From positions 1 to 33,081 of the forward strand of contig JASLZZ010000011.1 in the NCBI GenBank assembly GCA_030754595.1: DNA of 33,081 nt. Direction: 5' to 3'. Below, in pieces: positions 18,941 to 28,115 of the stretch. Numbering within the stretch: position 1 is the first letter of the stretch; each line of letters begins with the position of its first letter. This DNA comes from Nitrospinota bacterium (GTDB lineage: Bacteria > UBA8248). Below the pieces are notes generated by a model. That model did not search any database and had not been told where the DNA came from. It saw only the letters and a program-made list of their open reading frames with translations. The position numbers were made by a program, and so were the translations under genes.

Positions 18941-19035
18941 TGGGTTTTCGGCGGGATCGGCGGGTCTTCGGGCGGCAGCGCCGGATCTTCGGACAGGGGC
19001 GGCGGGTCTTCGGGTGGCAGCGCCGAGGGTCTTGA
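18941..19035. repeat. Intergenic ~21-bp degenerate tandem repeat (about 4.5 units)
   Basis: tgggttttcggcgggatcgg / cgggtcttcgggcggcagcgc / cggatcttcggacaggggcgg / cgggtcttcgggtggcagcgc / cgagggtcttga. Confidence 0.8.
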
Positions 19036-19052
19036 TTTTTTTCTTTTTGCTG

Positions 19053-19081
19053 TTGACAAGCAAACAATGTTAAATTAAGTT
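19053..19081 (+). promoter_or_regulatory. sigma70 promoter of the DtxR-like regulator / Fe ABC operon
   Basis: TTGACA-17 bp-TAAGTT, preceded by a T-rich UP-like tract. Confidence 0.7.
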
Positions 19082-19090
19082 AACAGTGTT
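19063..19090. promoter_or_regulatory. 28-bp palindrome, probable operator of the DtxR-like repressor
   Basis: AACAATGTTAAATTAAGTTAACAGTGTT matches its reverse complement at 24 of 28 positions and covers the -10 box. Confidence 0.75.
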
Positions 19091-19130
19091 TGATCGTAAT
19101 TTTCTCCGGCTCGCCGCAGGAAAGAGAAGC

Positions 19131-19661
19131 ATGCCCAGCCCTCATCAGAAACCCCCCGGGGAACTCTCGCCCAGCCTGGAGCATTATCTTCGGTCGATTT
19201 ACGATCTTCAAGAAGAGAAGGGGTACGCGCGCGTCACCGACATCGCCGAAAAGCTGGGGGTCGCGAAGCCGGCCGTATCCGCCGCCCTTAAAACGCTTCG
19301 TACCACCGGGCTCGTCGATCACCGGGTCTATGAGAGCGTGCTGCTCACCGAGAAGGGAAAGGAGCGCGCCAAGAGCGTTTCGGGGAAGTTCTCGATTCTC
19401 TTTCAATTTCTCACCGAGGTTCTCGGCGTCGAGGAGGAGCAGGCCTTCGTCGATGCCTGTCTGATGGAGCACTATGTCAGCGGCAACGCCATGGGCCGGT
19501 TTCTCGACCTTCTTCGCTTCTTTGAGGACAAGGACCACCAGGGGGCCCTGGAGGCCTTCCACGATTTCAGGCGCTCCTGCGAGAGCGAGGTCACCTGTCC
19601 ATCCTGCTCTTTTCATTGTGACGTCAGCGTGAAGCCGCCACGTATCGAAGTCAGTTCATAA
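19131..19661 (+). CDS. DtxR/MntR-family metal-dependent transcriptional regulator with a Cys-rich tail
   Basis: LEHYLRSIY, ARVTDIA..LGV.KPAVS.AL..L (wHTH), LTEKG, DACLMEH, and a tail C-x5-C-x2-C-x3-C. ATG 19131 lies downstream of the promoter. Confidence 0.9.
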   Translation: MPSPHQKPPGELSPSLEHYLRSIYDLQEEKGYARVTDIAEKLGVAKPAVSAALKTLRTTGLVDHRVYESVLLTEKGKERAKSVSGKFSILFQFLTEVLGVEEEQAFVDACLMEHYVSGNAMGRFLDLLRFFEDKDHQGALEAFHDFRRSCESEVTCPSCSFHCDVSVKPPRIEVSS

Positions 19662-19675
19662 AGGAGTTCAAGGAA

Positions 19676-20725
19676 ATGAAAAAATTCATCGTCTCACTCG
19701 GCCTTATTGCCTTGCTCCCCCTCGTCCCGTTGCCCGGCGCCGGGGAGGCCAGGGCTGATGAGGTCAACCTCTACTCCTACCGCCAACCGTTTTTGATCAA
19801 ACCCATGCTCGATGAATTCACCAAGAGAACGGGAATCCGGGTCAACACGGTTTTCGCGAAAAAGGGAGTGCTCGAAAAAATCAAGGCGACCCAGGGTGCG
19901 GCCGACGCCGTGTTAACGTCGGACGTCGGGCGCCTGAACGACATGAGCGCGGCCGGCGTACTCTTTCCGGTCAAATCGGAAATTCTTGCGAAAAACATCC
20001 CAGCCCAGTACCGTCACCCCGATGGCCTTTGGTTCGGACTGACGATGCGCGCCCGCATCCTTTTTGTCAGCAAGAACCGCATAAAACAGGGCGAAGCGGT
20101 CTCCTACGAAGATTTGACGAAACCCGGCCTCCGCGGGCGGATTTGCATCCGCTCCGGAAAGCACGTCTACAACATCTCCCTGATTGCATCGATCATCGCC
20201 CACAAGGGCGAGGCCGCCACCCGAACATGGCTTGAGGGCGTGAAGGCCAATCTGGCCCGCAAGCCGGGCGGCAATGACCGCGCCCAGGCCAAGGCCATTT
20301 ACTCGGGCCAATGCGACATCGGCATCGGCAACACCTACTACATGGGAAAAATGCAGACAAACCGAAAAAAACGTGCCCAGCGCAAATGGGCCGCCTCGAT
20401 CCGCCTCGTATTCCCGAACCAGGCGGGACGAGGGGCCCACGTCAACATCAGCGGTGCCGCGATTATTCGCGGCGCGAGGAACCGGGCCAATGCACTCAAG
20501 CTGATCGAATTTCTGAGCGGGGATTTCGCCCAGAAATTCTACGCGGACCAAAACTTCGAATATCCTGTCAAGCCCGGCGTGCCTGTGAATCCCCTGGTGA
20601 GGTCGTGGGGTGATTTCAAGGCCGACACGATTAGCCTGGCAGCTGTAGCGAAGCACCGGCGGGAGGCCTCGAAACTAGTGGACTTGGTAGACTTCAACAA
20701 TTTCACAAAGTCCTCCAACAACTAA
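19676..20725 (+). CDS. fbpA: Fe3+ ABC transporter substrate-binding protein (FbpA/FutA type)
   Basis: Signal peptide, EVNLYSYR, WFGLT.RAR, ICIRS..H.YN.SL, GNTYY (tandem Tyr ligands), HVNISG and N.EYP motifs. Confidence 0.9.
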   Translation: MKKFIVSLGLIALLPLVPLPGAGEARADEVNLYSYRQPFLIKPMLDEFTKRTGIRVNTVFAKKGVLEKIKATQGAADAVLTSDVGRLNDMSAAGVLFPVKSEILAKNIPAQYRHPDGLWFGLTMRARILFVSKNRIKQGEAVSYEDLTKPGLRGRICIRSGKHVYNISLIASIIAHKGEAATRTWLEGVKANLARKPGGNDRAQAKAIYSGQCDIGIGNTYYMGKMQTNRKKRAQRKWAASIRLVFPNQAGRGAHVNISGAAIIRGARNRANALKLIEFLSGDFAQKFYADQNFEYPVKPGVPVNPLVRSWGDFKADTISLAAVAKHRREASKLVDLVDFNNFTKSSNN

Positions 20726-20740
20726 AAACTCGATTAAGCC

Positions 20741-20768
20741 CCGTCCGGGTCCGGCTCCGCCCGGGCGG
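20741..20768 (+). other. GC-rich stem-loop between the binding-protein and permease genes
   Basis: ccgtccggg-10 nt-cccgggcgg (one G-U pair), in the usual position for a differential mRNA-stability hairpin. Confidence 0.45.
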
Positions 20769-20805
20769 CGCCGTGCCGGGGCGGGTTCTCGTTTCGGAGC
20801 GAAAA

Positions 20806-22503
20806 ATGAGCGCTGCGACAGATAGCTCCCCCCTGCCGGCCCGCCCAATGAGGTGGGTTCGTGCGGACGTCTGGACCATCGGCACGGTTTTCTTCGCCGC
20901 CGTCATCGCCGCTCCTATCCTCACAGTCCTGATTCTGGCCGTCTCCTCAAGTGGGGACATCTGGAATCATCTCGCCTCCACCGTTCTTCCCCGCTATATC
21001 CGCACCACGCTCGGGTTGATGGCGGGCGCGGGCGCCGGAACTGCTGTGATTGGCGTCGCTAGCGCCTGGCTCGTCACCCTTTGCCGCTTTCCGGGAAGGC
21101 GGGTCTTCGAATGGGCCCTGCTCCTGCCCATGGCGATGCCCGCCTATGTCGTCGCCTATGTCTATACCGACATCCTCGAATACGCGGGCCCCGTCCAGGA
21201 ACTCCTCAGACAAGTCTTCGGCTGGTCCTCCGGGCGCGACTACTGGTTCCCCGAGATTCGCTCACTCGGAGGAGCCGCCGCCATGATGACGCTGGTCCTC
21301 TACCCCTATGTCTACCTTCTCGCGCGGATCGCTTTTCTTCAGCAGTCGGCCTGTGTCCTCGAGGCGAGTCGCACGCTCGGACTGGGCCCCTGGCGCAGTT
21401 TTTTCTCGGTGGCGCTCCCCCTTGCCCGCCCCTCGATCGTCATCGGGGTGAGCCTGGTTTTGATGGAATCGCTCAACGACTTCGGAACCGTGGACTTTTT
21501 TTCGGTCGAGACGCTGACGGCGGGCATTTACGATGTCTGGCTCAACATGAACAACACCGCCGGGGCGGCGCAACTGGCCACGGTGTCGCTCGCGTTCGTC
21601 CTGGCGCTCATCGGGGCCGAAAAATGGTCCCGCCGGAGCCAGCGCTTCTACACCACTTCATCGAAATACCGGCCGCTCCCGAACTACCGTTTAAAGGGTT
21701 CAAGGGCGGCCATCGCTTTTGCGGTCTGCCTCCTTCCGGTTGCGTTCGGATTTTTGGTTCCCGCCGGGGTTCTGTTGAACTATGCGGCGAGATTCTACGA
21801 GGAGAGCCTGTCGGCGAATTTCCTGACCTACGCCGGAAACAGCCTGATGCTTTCCTCGATCAGCGCCGCCCTGGCCGCGCTGCTCGGCCTGTTCATGGCC
21901 TACGGCGTCAGGATAAACGGAAGCCCCCTCCTGGTGGCCGCCTCCCGCCTCGCGAGCATCGGCTACGCCGTGCCGGGCGCCGTCCTGGCCGTCGGCGTCA
22001 TGATTCCGCTGGCCAGGGCCGATGCGGCGATCGACGGGCTGATGCGAAACCTCTTCGGCATCCCGGCCAGACTTCTTCTGAGCGGGACCATCGTCGCCGT
22101 CACCTACGGTTACTTGGTCCGCTTCCTCACCCTGTCTTACGGAACCGCCGAGTCAAGCCTCGCGAAGATCACCCCCAACATGGACGACGCCTCCCGCACC
22201 CTTGGGATGAGCCCGGGCCGAACCCTCCGACGGGTCCATTTCCCCCTAATTCGGGGGAGCGTCCTCGCCGCCGCCATCCTGGTTTTCGTGGATTGCATGA
22301 AAGAGTTGCCGATGACAATCATCCTGCGGCCGTTCAACTATGGGACCCTTGCCACCCAAGTACACCAGTTCGCCTCGGACGAGCTTTTGGAGGAAAGCGC
22401 TCTGGGCGCGCTGGCCATCGTCGCGGCGGGTATCCTTCCGGTCATCATCCTCAGCGCGACAATCCACGATACGCGGCCCGGCCATTCCGGAGCGAAAGGG
22501 TAA
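20806..22503 (+). CDS. fbpB: Fe3+ ABC transporter permease (FbpB/FutB type)
   Basis: Two TMD halves with EAA-like loops (EASRTLG, DASRTLG), YPYVYLLAR and KELPMT..LRPFN. Confidence 0.92.
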   Translation: MSAATDSSPLPARPMRWVRADVWTIGTVFFAAVIAAPILTVLILAVSSSGDIWNHLASTVLPRYIRTTLGLMAGAGAGTAVIGVASAWLVTLCRFPGRRVFEWALLLPMAMPAYVVAYVYTDILEYAGPVQELLRQVFGWSSGRDYWFPEIRSLGGAAAMMTLVLYPYVYLLARIAFLQQSACVLEASRTLGLGPWRSFFSVALPLARPSIVIGVSLVLMESLNDFGTVDFFSVETLTAGIYDVWLNMNNTAGAAQLATVSLAFVLALIGAEKWSRRSQRFYTTSSKYRPLPNYRLKGSRAAIAFAVCLLPVAFGFLVPAGVLLNYAARFYEESLSANFLTYAGNSLMLSSISAALAALLGLFMAYGVRINGSPLLVAASRLASIGYAVPGAVLAVGVMIPLARADAAIDGLMRNLFGIPARLLLSGTIVAVTYGYLVRFLTLSYGTAESSLAKITPNMDDASRTLGMSPGRTLRRVHFPLIRGSVLAAAILVFVDCMKELPMTIILRPFNYGTLATQVHQFASDELLEESALGALAIVAAGILPVIILSATIHDTRPGHSGAKG

Positions 22504-22507
22504 GTCC

Positions 22508-23587
22508 GTGAGCAGCCTCGTAATGGAGAACATCCACCACGCCTACGGCGAGAACCGGGTCATTCGCGGGGTATCGGCCGAAATAACCAGCGGCGAGTTT
22601 GTCTGCCTTCTCGGCCCCTCGGGGTGCGGAAAAACCACCCTGCTCCGTCTAGCGGCCGGCCTCGAGCCCCTCCTGAGCGGAAAAATAGAAATTGGCGGCG
22701 CCATCGCCGCTGACTCCGAGGCGGGGATATTCGTGCCGCCCGAGGCGCGCGGCGCCGGCCTCATGTTCCAGGATTACGCCCTGTTTCCTCACCTCACGAT
22801 TTTCGAGAACATCATATTCGGAATCCCCGACCTCGCGCCGGACCGAATCCGCTCCGTCCGCGAGGCCATGGACGACATGGGAATCGCCGCCCTGGCGGAC
22901 GCCTATCCCCATATGCTTTCAGGCGGGCAGCAGCAACGCACCGCCCTCCTCCGGGCCATGGCACCCAGGCCGAAAGTTCTTCTACTCGACGAGCCGTTCT
23001 CGGGCCTGGATGTAAGCATGCGTGCACAGATCCGCGAGGAGACACTCTCGTTGTTGAAAAAAACAGAGGTGGCCGCCCTCATGGTGACCCACGATCCACA
23101 AGAGGCGATGTTCATGTCCGACCGCATCCTGGTTATGAACCGGGGAATAATCGAGCAGGCCGGAACCCCCAGAGAGGTCTACCAATTCCCCGCCACCGAA
23201 TACATCGCCCGCTTTCTCGGGCAAACCAATATCCTGCCCGGAATTGTCCTGGATTCAGGCTACGACGAAATCATGACCTCAATCGGTCCGGTTCCGTGCC
23301 TGTCCATGCGCGGGCTTGAATTCGGAACCGACGCATTCATCTCGATCCGGCCGGAGAGCTTCACGCTCGAGCCGGACGGGCCCTTTCAGGCCGAGGTCAA
23401 GGGAATCCGGTACGGAGGCCACTACGCGATTCTAGAGGTTGAGATCGCCGGGGAAATCGGAAAGGGCCAGAGGTTGAGAATTCACTCCCATTCGAACCAG
23501 CGAATCGATGTGGGCGAGAGGATTCGTTTCCGGGTGATCCCGGATTTCGTCACGGTGATCGAGGACGCGGTTCCGAACGGCGATTAA
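22508..23587 (+). CDS. fbpC: Fe3+ ABC transporter ATP-binding protein (FbpC/FutC type)
   Basis: GPSGCGKT, FQDYALFPH, LSGGQQQR, LLLDEPF and VTHD motifs plus a TOBE-like C-terminus. GTG start is 4 nt after the permease stop. Confidence 0.92.
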   Translation: MSSLVMENIHHAYGENRVIRGVSAEITSGEFVCLLGPSGCGKTTLLRLAAGLEPLLSGKIEIGGAIAADSEAGIFVPPEARGAGLMFQDYALFPHLTIFENIIFGIPDLAPDRIRSVREAMDDMGIAALADAYPHMLSGGQQQRTALLRAMAPRPKVLLLDEPFSGLDVSMRAQIREETLSLLKKTEVAALMVTHDPQEAMFMSDRILVMNRGIIEQAGTPREVYQFPATEYIARFLGQTNILPGIVLDSGYDEIMTSIGPVPCLSMRGLEFGTDAFISIRPESFTLEPDGPFQAEVKGIRYGGHYAILEVEIAGEIGKGQRLRIHSHSNQRIDVGERIRFRVIPDFVTVIEDAVPNGD

Positions 23588-23597
23588 GGCGGGAGCG

Positions 23598-24077
23598 TTA
23601 TTTGAAAACGGGCGAAAAACTTTTTTCGGACACGGTTTTTCCGTCCCTGAAATCGAACCTTTTTCCCTTGGGATAATACCACCAGATCTCGGCTTTCTTT
23701 CCGTCCTTGTCCTTTCTGATTTCCTCGGCGATTCCGTAGCGGCGAATCACGCGGGCCCGGGGCGATTTTTTCGGGTAAGCCTTGAGGATTTCCTGGACGT
23801 TTGGCCAAGCCCCGTGAAACGCAAGTTGATGATCGTAAAGGATGAATTTTTCGGCCTCGATTTTCCGGGTGATGTCGATGCGGCTCGGCCGGGCGAAACG
23901 AACATCGTCGAAGCGTCTCTGGTCGAAAAAACTCAAATAATATTTTAGCTTGACGGGTTGGACCGGAATGACCACGCGGAATGTCCCATCGGAGGCCGTG
24001 ACGCCCGAGACCCAGCCAGCGCAACCCAACACCAGGAGAAGCAGCGGGAGGATACCCGGGGGGCGTCCAAGTATCAC
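23598..24077 (-). CDS. Putative lipoprotein of unknown function (about 159 aa)
   Basis: GTG start overlaps the secA TGA (GTGA). [19 protein letters not shown] is lipobox-like; the mature region is basic. Confidence 0.6.
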   Translation of the reverse strand: MILGRPPGILPLLLLVLGCAGWVSGVTASDGTFRVVIPVQPVKLKYYLSFFDQRRFDDVRFARPSRIDITRKIEAEKFILYDHQLAFHGAWPNVQEILKAYPKKSPRARVIRRYGIAEEIRKDKDGKKAEIWWYYPKGKRFDFRDGKTVSEKSFSPVFK

Positions 24078-26881
24078 CGCCCGCAGCAATGTTTGTATTT
24101 TTTTCCGCTTCCGCATGGACATGGTTGATTCCGCCCAACCTTCGGGGTCTCTCGGCGGACAGGGGCGGCGGTCTTCACCGCCGCTTCCGCTTCGCTGCCG
24201 CCGAAGGCGTCTACTTCGTTGTGCGTCATGTAAAATTCCTGCTCGCGCTCGTAGTCCTCAAGCTGGATTCCCTCGTCCCTGACGTCAAGCTTGTAGAGGT
24301 AGAGAAGAGTTTCCGAGTCGATCCTTTCGTTCAGGGACTCGAACATCTCAAAAGCCTCTCTTTTATATTCGTTGAGCGGATCGACCTGGGCATATCCGCG
24401 GAGTCCGACACCCTCCTTGACGTGATCCATGTTCGTCAAGTGGTCCTTCCACTGAGCGTCGATGATCTGGAGATAGACGACCCGCTCGAACTCTCGAATC
24501 ATTTCATCGTCAAAATCCCGGTACCTGGCGCGATACACCTCCTCGATGAGGCGGTGCATCTTGTCGGCGACCAGATCGCGGGTCTCGTCCTCGATGTCGA
24601 TTTCGCACGAAGGAGCCGAATAAACGATCTTTCGCCCGTCAAGCCTCCCCGACAACCCGTATTGACGGTGGATCGCGCCGAGGAATCCTTCGAGGTTCCA
24701 ATCCTCGAAATGCTCCGATTCGGGCATATAGACATCGAAGAGTCCATCGAGAATGTCGGAAGCGATTCCCGCGATTTGCTCGGAGAGATCGCTTCCATCG
24801 AGAATCGACTTTCGAAGATCATAGACGATCTCACGATGCTTGTTCATCACGTCGTCGTACTTGAGAATCTGCTTCCGCATTTCGAAATGGTGAGCCTCGA
24901 CGCGCTTTTGAGCGTTTTCGATGGCGCGCGTGACCATCTTCGCCTCGATGGGAACGCCCTCTTCCATCCCGAGCTTGTCCATAATGCCGCTGATGCGGTT
25001 GGATCCGAATATGCGCAGCAAATCGTCTTCGAGCGAGAGATAGAAGCGCGAGCTTCCCGGATCGCCCTGCCGGCCCGAGCGGCCGCGAAGTTGATTGTCG
25101 ATGCGCCGACTCTCATGGCGCTCGGTGGCGATCACGTGAAGGCCGCCCATTTCGACTACTTCCTTGTGTTCCTCCTCGCATCGCGCCCTGAACTTCTCGA
25201 GCGCCTCTTCGTATTCCGGGCCCTCTTTGGAATTCGTCTTGGCCGAGGCGAGAAACTCCGGGTTCCCGCCGAGCAGGATATCGGTGCCGCGCCCGGCCAT
25301 ATTCGTGGAAATGGTCAGGGCGCCTTTCCGGCCCGTCTGGGCGATGATCTCGGCTTCCTTCATGTGGTTTTTGGCGTTGAGGACGTTGTGCGGAATTTTC
25401 CGGCTCCGGAGGATGGAGGCCAGCTTTTCGCTCTTCTCGATATTGGTGGTTCCGACGAGAACCGGACGCCCCTCTTCCTGGCATTCCCGAATCTCGTCGA
25501 TCACGGCGTTGATTTTTTCCCGCTCCGTCTTGTAAACCTGATCCGGATACTCGTGTCGGATAAGCTCCACGTTCGTTGGAATGACAACCACCGGGAGTTT
25601 GTAGATTTCCTGGAATTCCGAGGCCTCGGTATCGGCCGTTCCCGTCATTCCAGCCAGCTTTTCGTAGAGGCGGAAATAGTTCTGGAACGTGATGGTGGCG
25701 AGGGTGACGTTCTCCTCCTGGACCTTGACGCGCTCTTTCGCCTCAAGCGCCTGATGGAGTCCGTCGCTGTACCGGCGTCCGGACATCAGACGGCCCGTGA
25801 ACTCATCGACGATAATCACTTCGTCGTCTTTCACCACGTAATCGACGTCTTTCTCGAAAAGAACATAAGCCTTCAGCGCCTGCTCGACATGATGCAAGAG
25901 CGTGATGCTGCTCATGTCGAAAAGACTCACGTCATTCTCCAACTCACCCGTCCGGCGCAGGAGTCGTTCGCACTCGACGACCCCTTTTTCCTTCAGGTTC
26001 ACCGTCTTGCTCTTTTCATCGACGATCAAATATTCGTAATTTTTCTTGCTGATATTGTCTTTTCCGCCCTCGACGTAATCGTCCGGGGAAGCAGGTTCCT
26101 CCTCCTCGTCGCCCTCGATCAACAAGGGCTTGATGAGCCCGTTGATTTGGCCGTAAAGCCTCGTCGCCTCCTCGGCGGGGCCGCTGATGATAAGCGGGGT
26201 CCGCGCCTCGTCGATGAGGATGCTGTCCACCTCATCGACGATGCCGAATTTGAGCTTGCGCTGAACAAAGCCCCCTTCCTCGAATTTCATGTTGTCCCGG
26301 AGGTAATCGAAGCCAAACTCGTTATTGGTGCCGAAGGTGATATCCGACCCGTAGACGGCCCGGCGATCTTCGTCGTCCATATCGTGCTGAATGGCGCCGA
26401 CCGTGAGGCCGAGCCCCTTGTATATTCGCCCCATCCAGGCGGCATCCCGCTGGGCCAGGTAGTCGTTCACGGTGATGATGTGGACGCCCTCGCCAGTAAG
26501 GGCGTTGAGGTAGGCCGGCAGGGTCGCTACAAGCGTTTTCCCCTCGCCGGTTTTCATTTCAGCGATTTCCCCCTGATGCAGGACCACGCCTCCGATAATT
26601 TGGACATCGAAATGGCGCATGTTGAGAAAACGGCGGCCCGCCTCCCGCACCAGGGCAAACGCCTCGGGAAGGATATCATCGAGCGTTTCACCCGCCACCA
26701 ACCGTTCGCGGAAGCGTTGGGTCTCGGCCGGCATCTCCTCGTCCGTCATTTCCTTGTAGCGCGGTTCGAGGGTGCCCACCTTGTCAAGGATGGGAAGAAT
26801 TTTCTTGATCTGGCGTTCGTTGGCGGTTCCGAATACGGCGCTGAGTTTCGACAGGCCTTTTTCGAAGATCGACCCGGCCAT
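24074..26881 (-). CDS. secA: Preprotein translocase ATPase SecA
   Basis: [52 protein letters not shown] and SEC-C ([13 protein letters not shown]). ATG 26881 follows GGAG. Confidence 0.98.
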   Translation of the reverse strand: MAGSIFEKGLSKLSAVFGTANERQIKKILPILDKVGTLEPRYKEMTDEEMPAETQRFRERLVAGETLDDILPEAFALVREAGRRFLNMRHFDVQIIGGVVLHQGEIAEMKTGEGKTLVATLPAYLNALTGEGVHIITVNDYLAQRDAAWMGRIYKGLGLTVGAIQHDMDDEDRRAVYGSDITFGTNNEFGFDYLRDNMKFEEGGFVQRKLKFGIVDEVDSILIDEARTPLIISGPAEEATRLYGQINGLIKPLLIEGDEEEEPASPDDYVEGGKDNISKKNYEYLIVDEKSKTVNLKEKGVVECERLLRRTGELENDVSLFDMSSITLLHHVEQALKAYVLFEKDVDYVVKDDEVIIVDEFTGRLMSGRRYSDGLHQALEAKERVKVQEENVTLATITFQNYFRLYEKLAGMTGTADTEASEFQEIYKLPVVVIPTNVELIRHEYPDQVYKTEREKINAVIDEIRECQEEGRPVLVGTTNIEKSEKLASILRSRKIPHNVLNAKNHMKEAEIIAQTGRKGALTISTNMAGRGTDILLGGNPEFLASAKTNSKEGPEYEEALEKFRARCEEEHKEVVEMGGLHVIATERHESRRIDNQLRGRSGRQGDPGSSRFYLSLEDDLLRIFGSNRISGIMDKLGMEEGVPIEAKMVTRAIENAQKRVEAHHFEMRKQILKYDDVMNKHREIVYDLRKSILDGSDLSEQIAGIASDILDGLFDVYMPESEHFEDWNLEGFLGAIHRQYGLSGRLDGRKIVYSAPSCEIDIEDETRDLVADKMHRLIEEVYRARYRDFDDEMIREFERVVYLQIIDAQWKDHLTNMDHVKEGVGLRGYAQVDPLNEYKREAFEMFESLNERIDSETLLYLYKLDVRDEGIQLEDYEREQEFYMTHNEVDAFGGSEAEAAVKTAAPVRRETPKVGRNQPCPCGSGKKYKHCCGR

Positions 26882-26995
26882 AGCGTACTCCGATAAAGGA
26901 ACCCTAAAGAGGGGCGGTGACCGCCCCCGCACCGAAAACCGTTAACCTACCGCGAGAGATGATAGCGAAAAAAAAAGATGTCGGCGGAATATTTA

Positions 26996-27922
26996 TTACC
27001 TTCGCGCTACCGGTGTGTCTACGATATAGAGCATCGGGTTCACCGCGACTCCGTTCAGGCGGACTTCATAGTGAAGGTGGGGGCCCGTAGATCGGCCGGT
27101 GCTCCCCACTTGGGCGATGATGCTGCCGCGCTTGACGCGCATTCCCGCCCGGACCAAGTTTTTCTTGTTATGGGCATAGCGGGTGACGATGCCCTGCATA
27201 TGCCTGATTTCAAGGATGTTTCCGTATCCGCCTTCCCGCTTGGCCTTGATCACCAAGCCGTCGGCGGGAGCCATGATAGGTGTTCCCTGCCGGGAAACGA
27301 TATCGATTCCGGAATGAAATTGCATCCGGTTGGTGAACGGTGAACGCCGGCGGCCGAAACCGGATGTGAGCCATCCTCTCGCAGGCAGTATCGAGGGCGT
27401 ATGCGCGAGAACCACTTTCTTTTCCTTGAAAATATTGACCAGCGCTTCAAAGGCGCTCTTTTGAGAAGAGGATCTTTGCTCGAGGTCGAGGAACTGGCGG
27501 TTCAACCGCGTGACGAAGCGGCGACCGGAGGGAGAGAGGCCGTCGAAACTCACGTCCTGTTCGTCCTTGTTCACTCCGCCGAGGCCCAGGTCGTTGCGCA
27601 GACCCCGCGGCTTCACCGAAGCCATGATACGAAGCTGGTCCTCGGATTTCCGCAGGGCGGACAACCTTCCATCGAGTTCGTTGAGCCGGGCGCCGAAGCG
27701 CTCGAGAAACTTTCGCTGGGCCACCGAGCGCTCATGAAGCGGCTCGAGGCGGGAAATTTTATTTTCGAGGGTAACGCGGTCTTTAACGAGAAAAACGCTG
27801 ATTCCGAAGAGAAGGAGAACGCAAAGGGTCGAGACCCATATCGTTCGGCGAGCGACGCCGAAGCGGCGGGTCCCGCTTGTTTCATCCGGTATGATGATGA
27901 CGGTATATTTCTTACCGGCCAA
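26996..27922 (-). CDS. M23-family metallopeptidase with N-terminal TM and coiled coil
   Basis: HSGID (HxxxD), YAH and GRSTGPHLHYEV (HxH) motifs; lies immediately upstream of secA. Confidence 0.92.
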   Translation of the reverse strand: MAGKKYTVIIIPDETSGTRRFGVARRTIWVSTLCVLLLFGISVFLVKDRVTLENKISRLEPLHERSVAQRKFLERFGARLNELDGRLSALRKSEDQLRIMASVKPRGLRNDLGLGGVNKDEQDVSFDGLSPSGRRFVTRLNRQFLDLEQRSSSQKSAFEALVNIFKEKKVVLAHTPSILPARGWLTSGFGRRRSPFTNRMQFHSGIDIVSRQGTPIMAPADGLVIKAKREGGYGNILEIRHMQGIVTRYAHNKKNLVRAGMRVKRGSIIAQVGSTGRSTGPHLHYEVRLNGVAVNPMLYIVDTPVARR

Positions 27923-28040
27923 ACCAAGTTCCCCAGAAACGAAATTCCACCACCCAGCCGCCTACAAATAAATGGGTGCACCGAAACTCGGGAAAAATCC
28001 CCCCCTTGGAAATTCCTCCCAAAAATGCACAGTAGCCGAC

Positions 28041-28070
28041 ACACTAACACCGGAGCGCTAATCTTGTCAA
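28041..28070 (-). promoter_or_regulatory. Candidate sigma70 promoter for the M23-secA operon
   Basis: TTGACA-18 bp-TAGTGT with an extended -10 TG. Confidence 0.55.
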
Positions 28071-28115
28071 TAACTTAGGCCTAAAAGACTGATTTGTCAT
28101 CTGTTCCGGAGAAAT

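Noticed and set aside
18941..19035. Tandem repeat as a CRISPR array
   Set aside because: The units are contiguous and degenerate, with no unique spacers and no cas genes.
18859..19059. 66-aa minus-strand ORF with PPEDP repeats
   Set aside because: It is a translation of the minisatellite, starts inside the -35 box, overlaps DUF3108 and has no RBS.
21081..22511. 476-aa alternative-frame ORF within fbpB
   Set aside because: Arg/Pro/Gly-rich off-frame translation of GC-rich coding DNA.
24156..24176. cggacaggggcggcgg(g)tcttc shared between the secA 3' end and the minisatellite (18990-19011)
   Set aside because: A single short GC-rich match, with one copy in coding sequence; compatible with chance.
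24089..26896. 935-aa ORF antisense to secA, and similar long antisense ORFs over rhlE, the Gld operon, acoX and pyk
   Set aside because: These are shadow ORFs expected from high-GC codon bias; they show no recognisable motifs and fully overlap well-supported genes.
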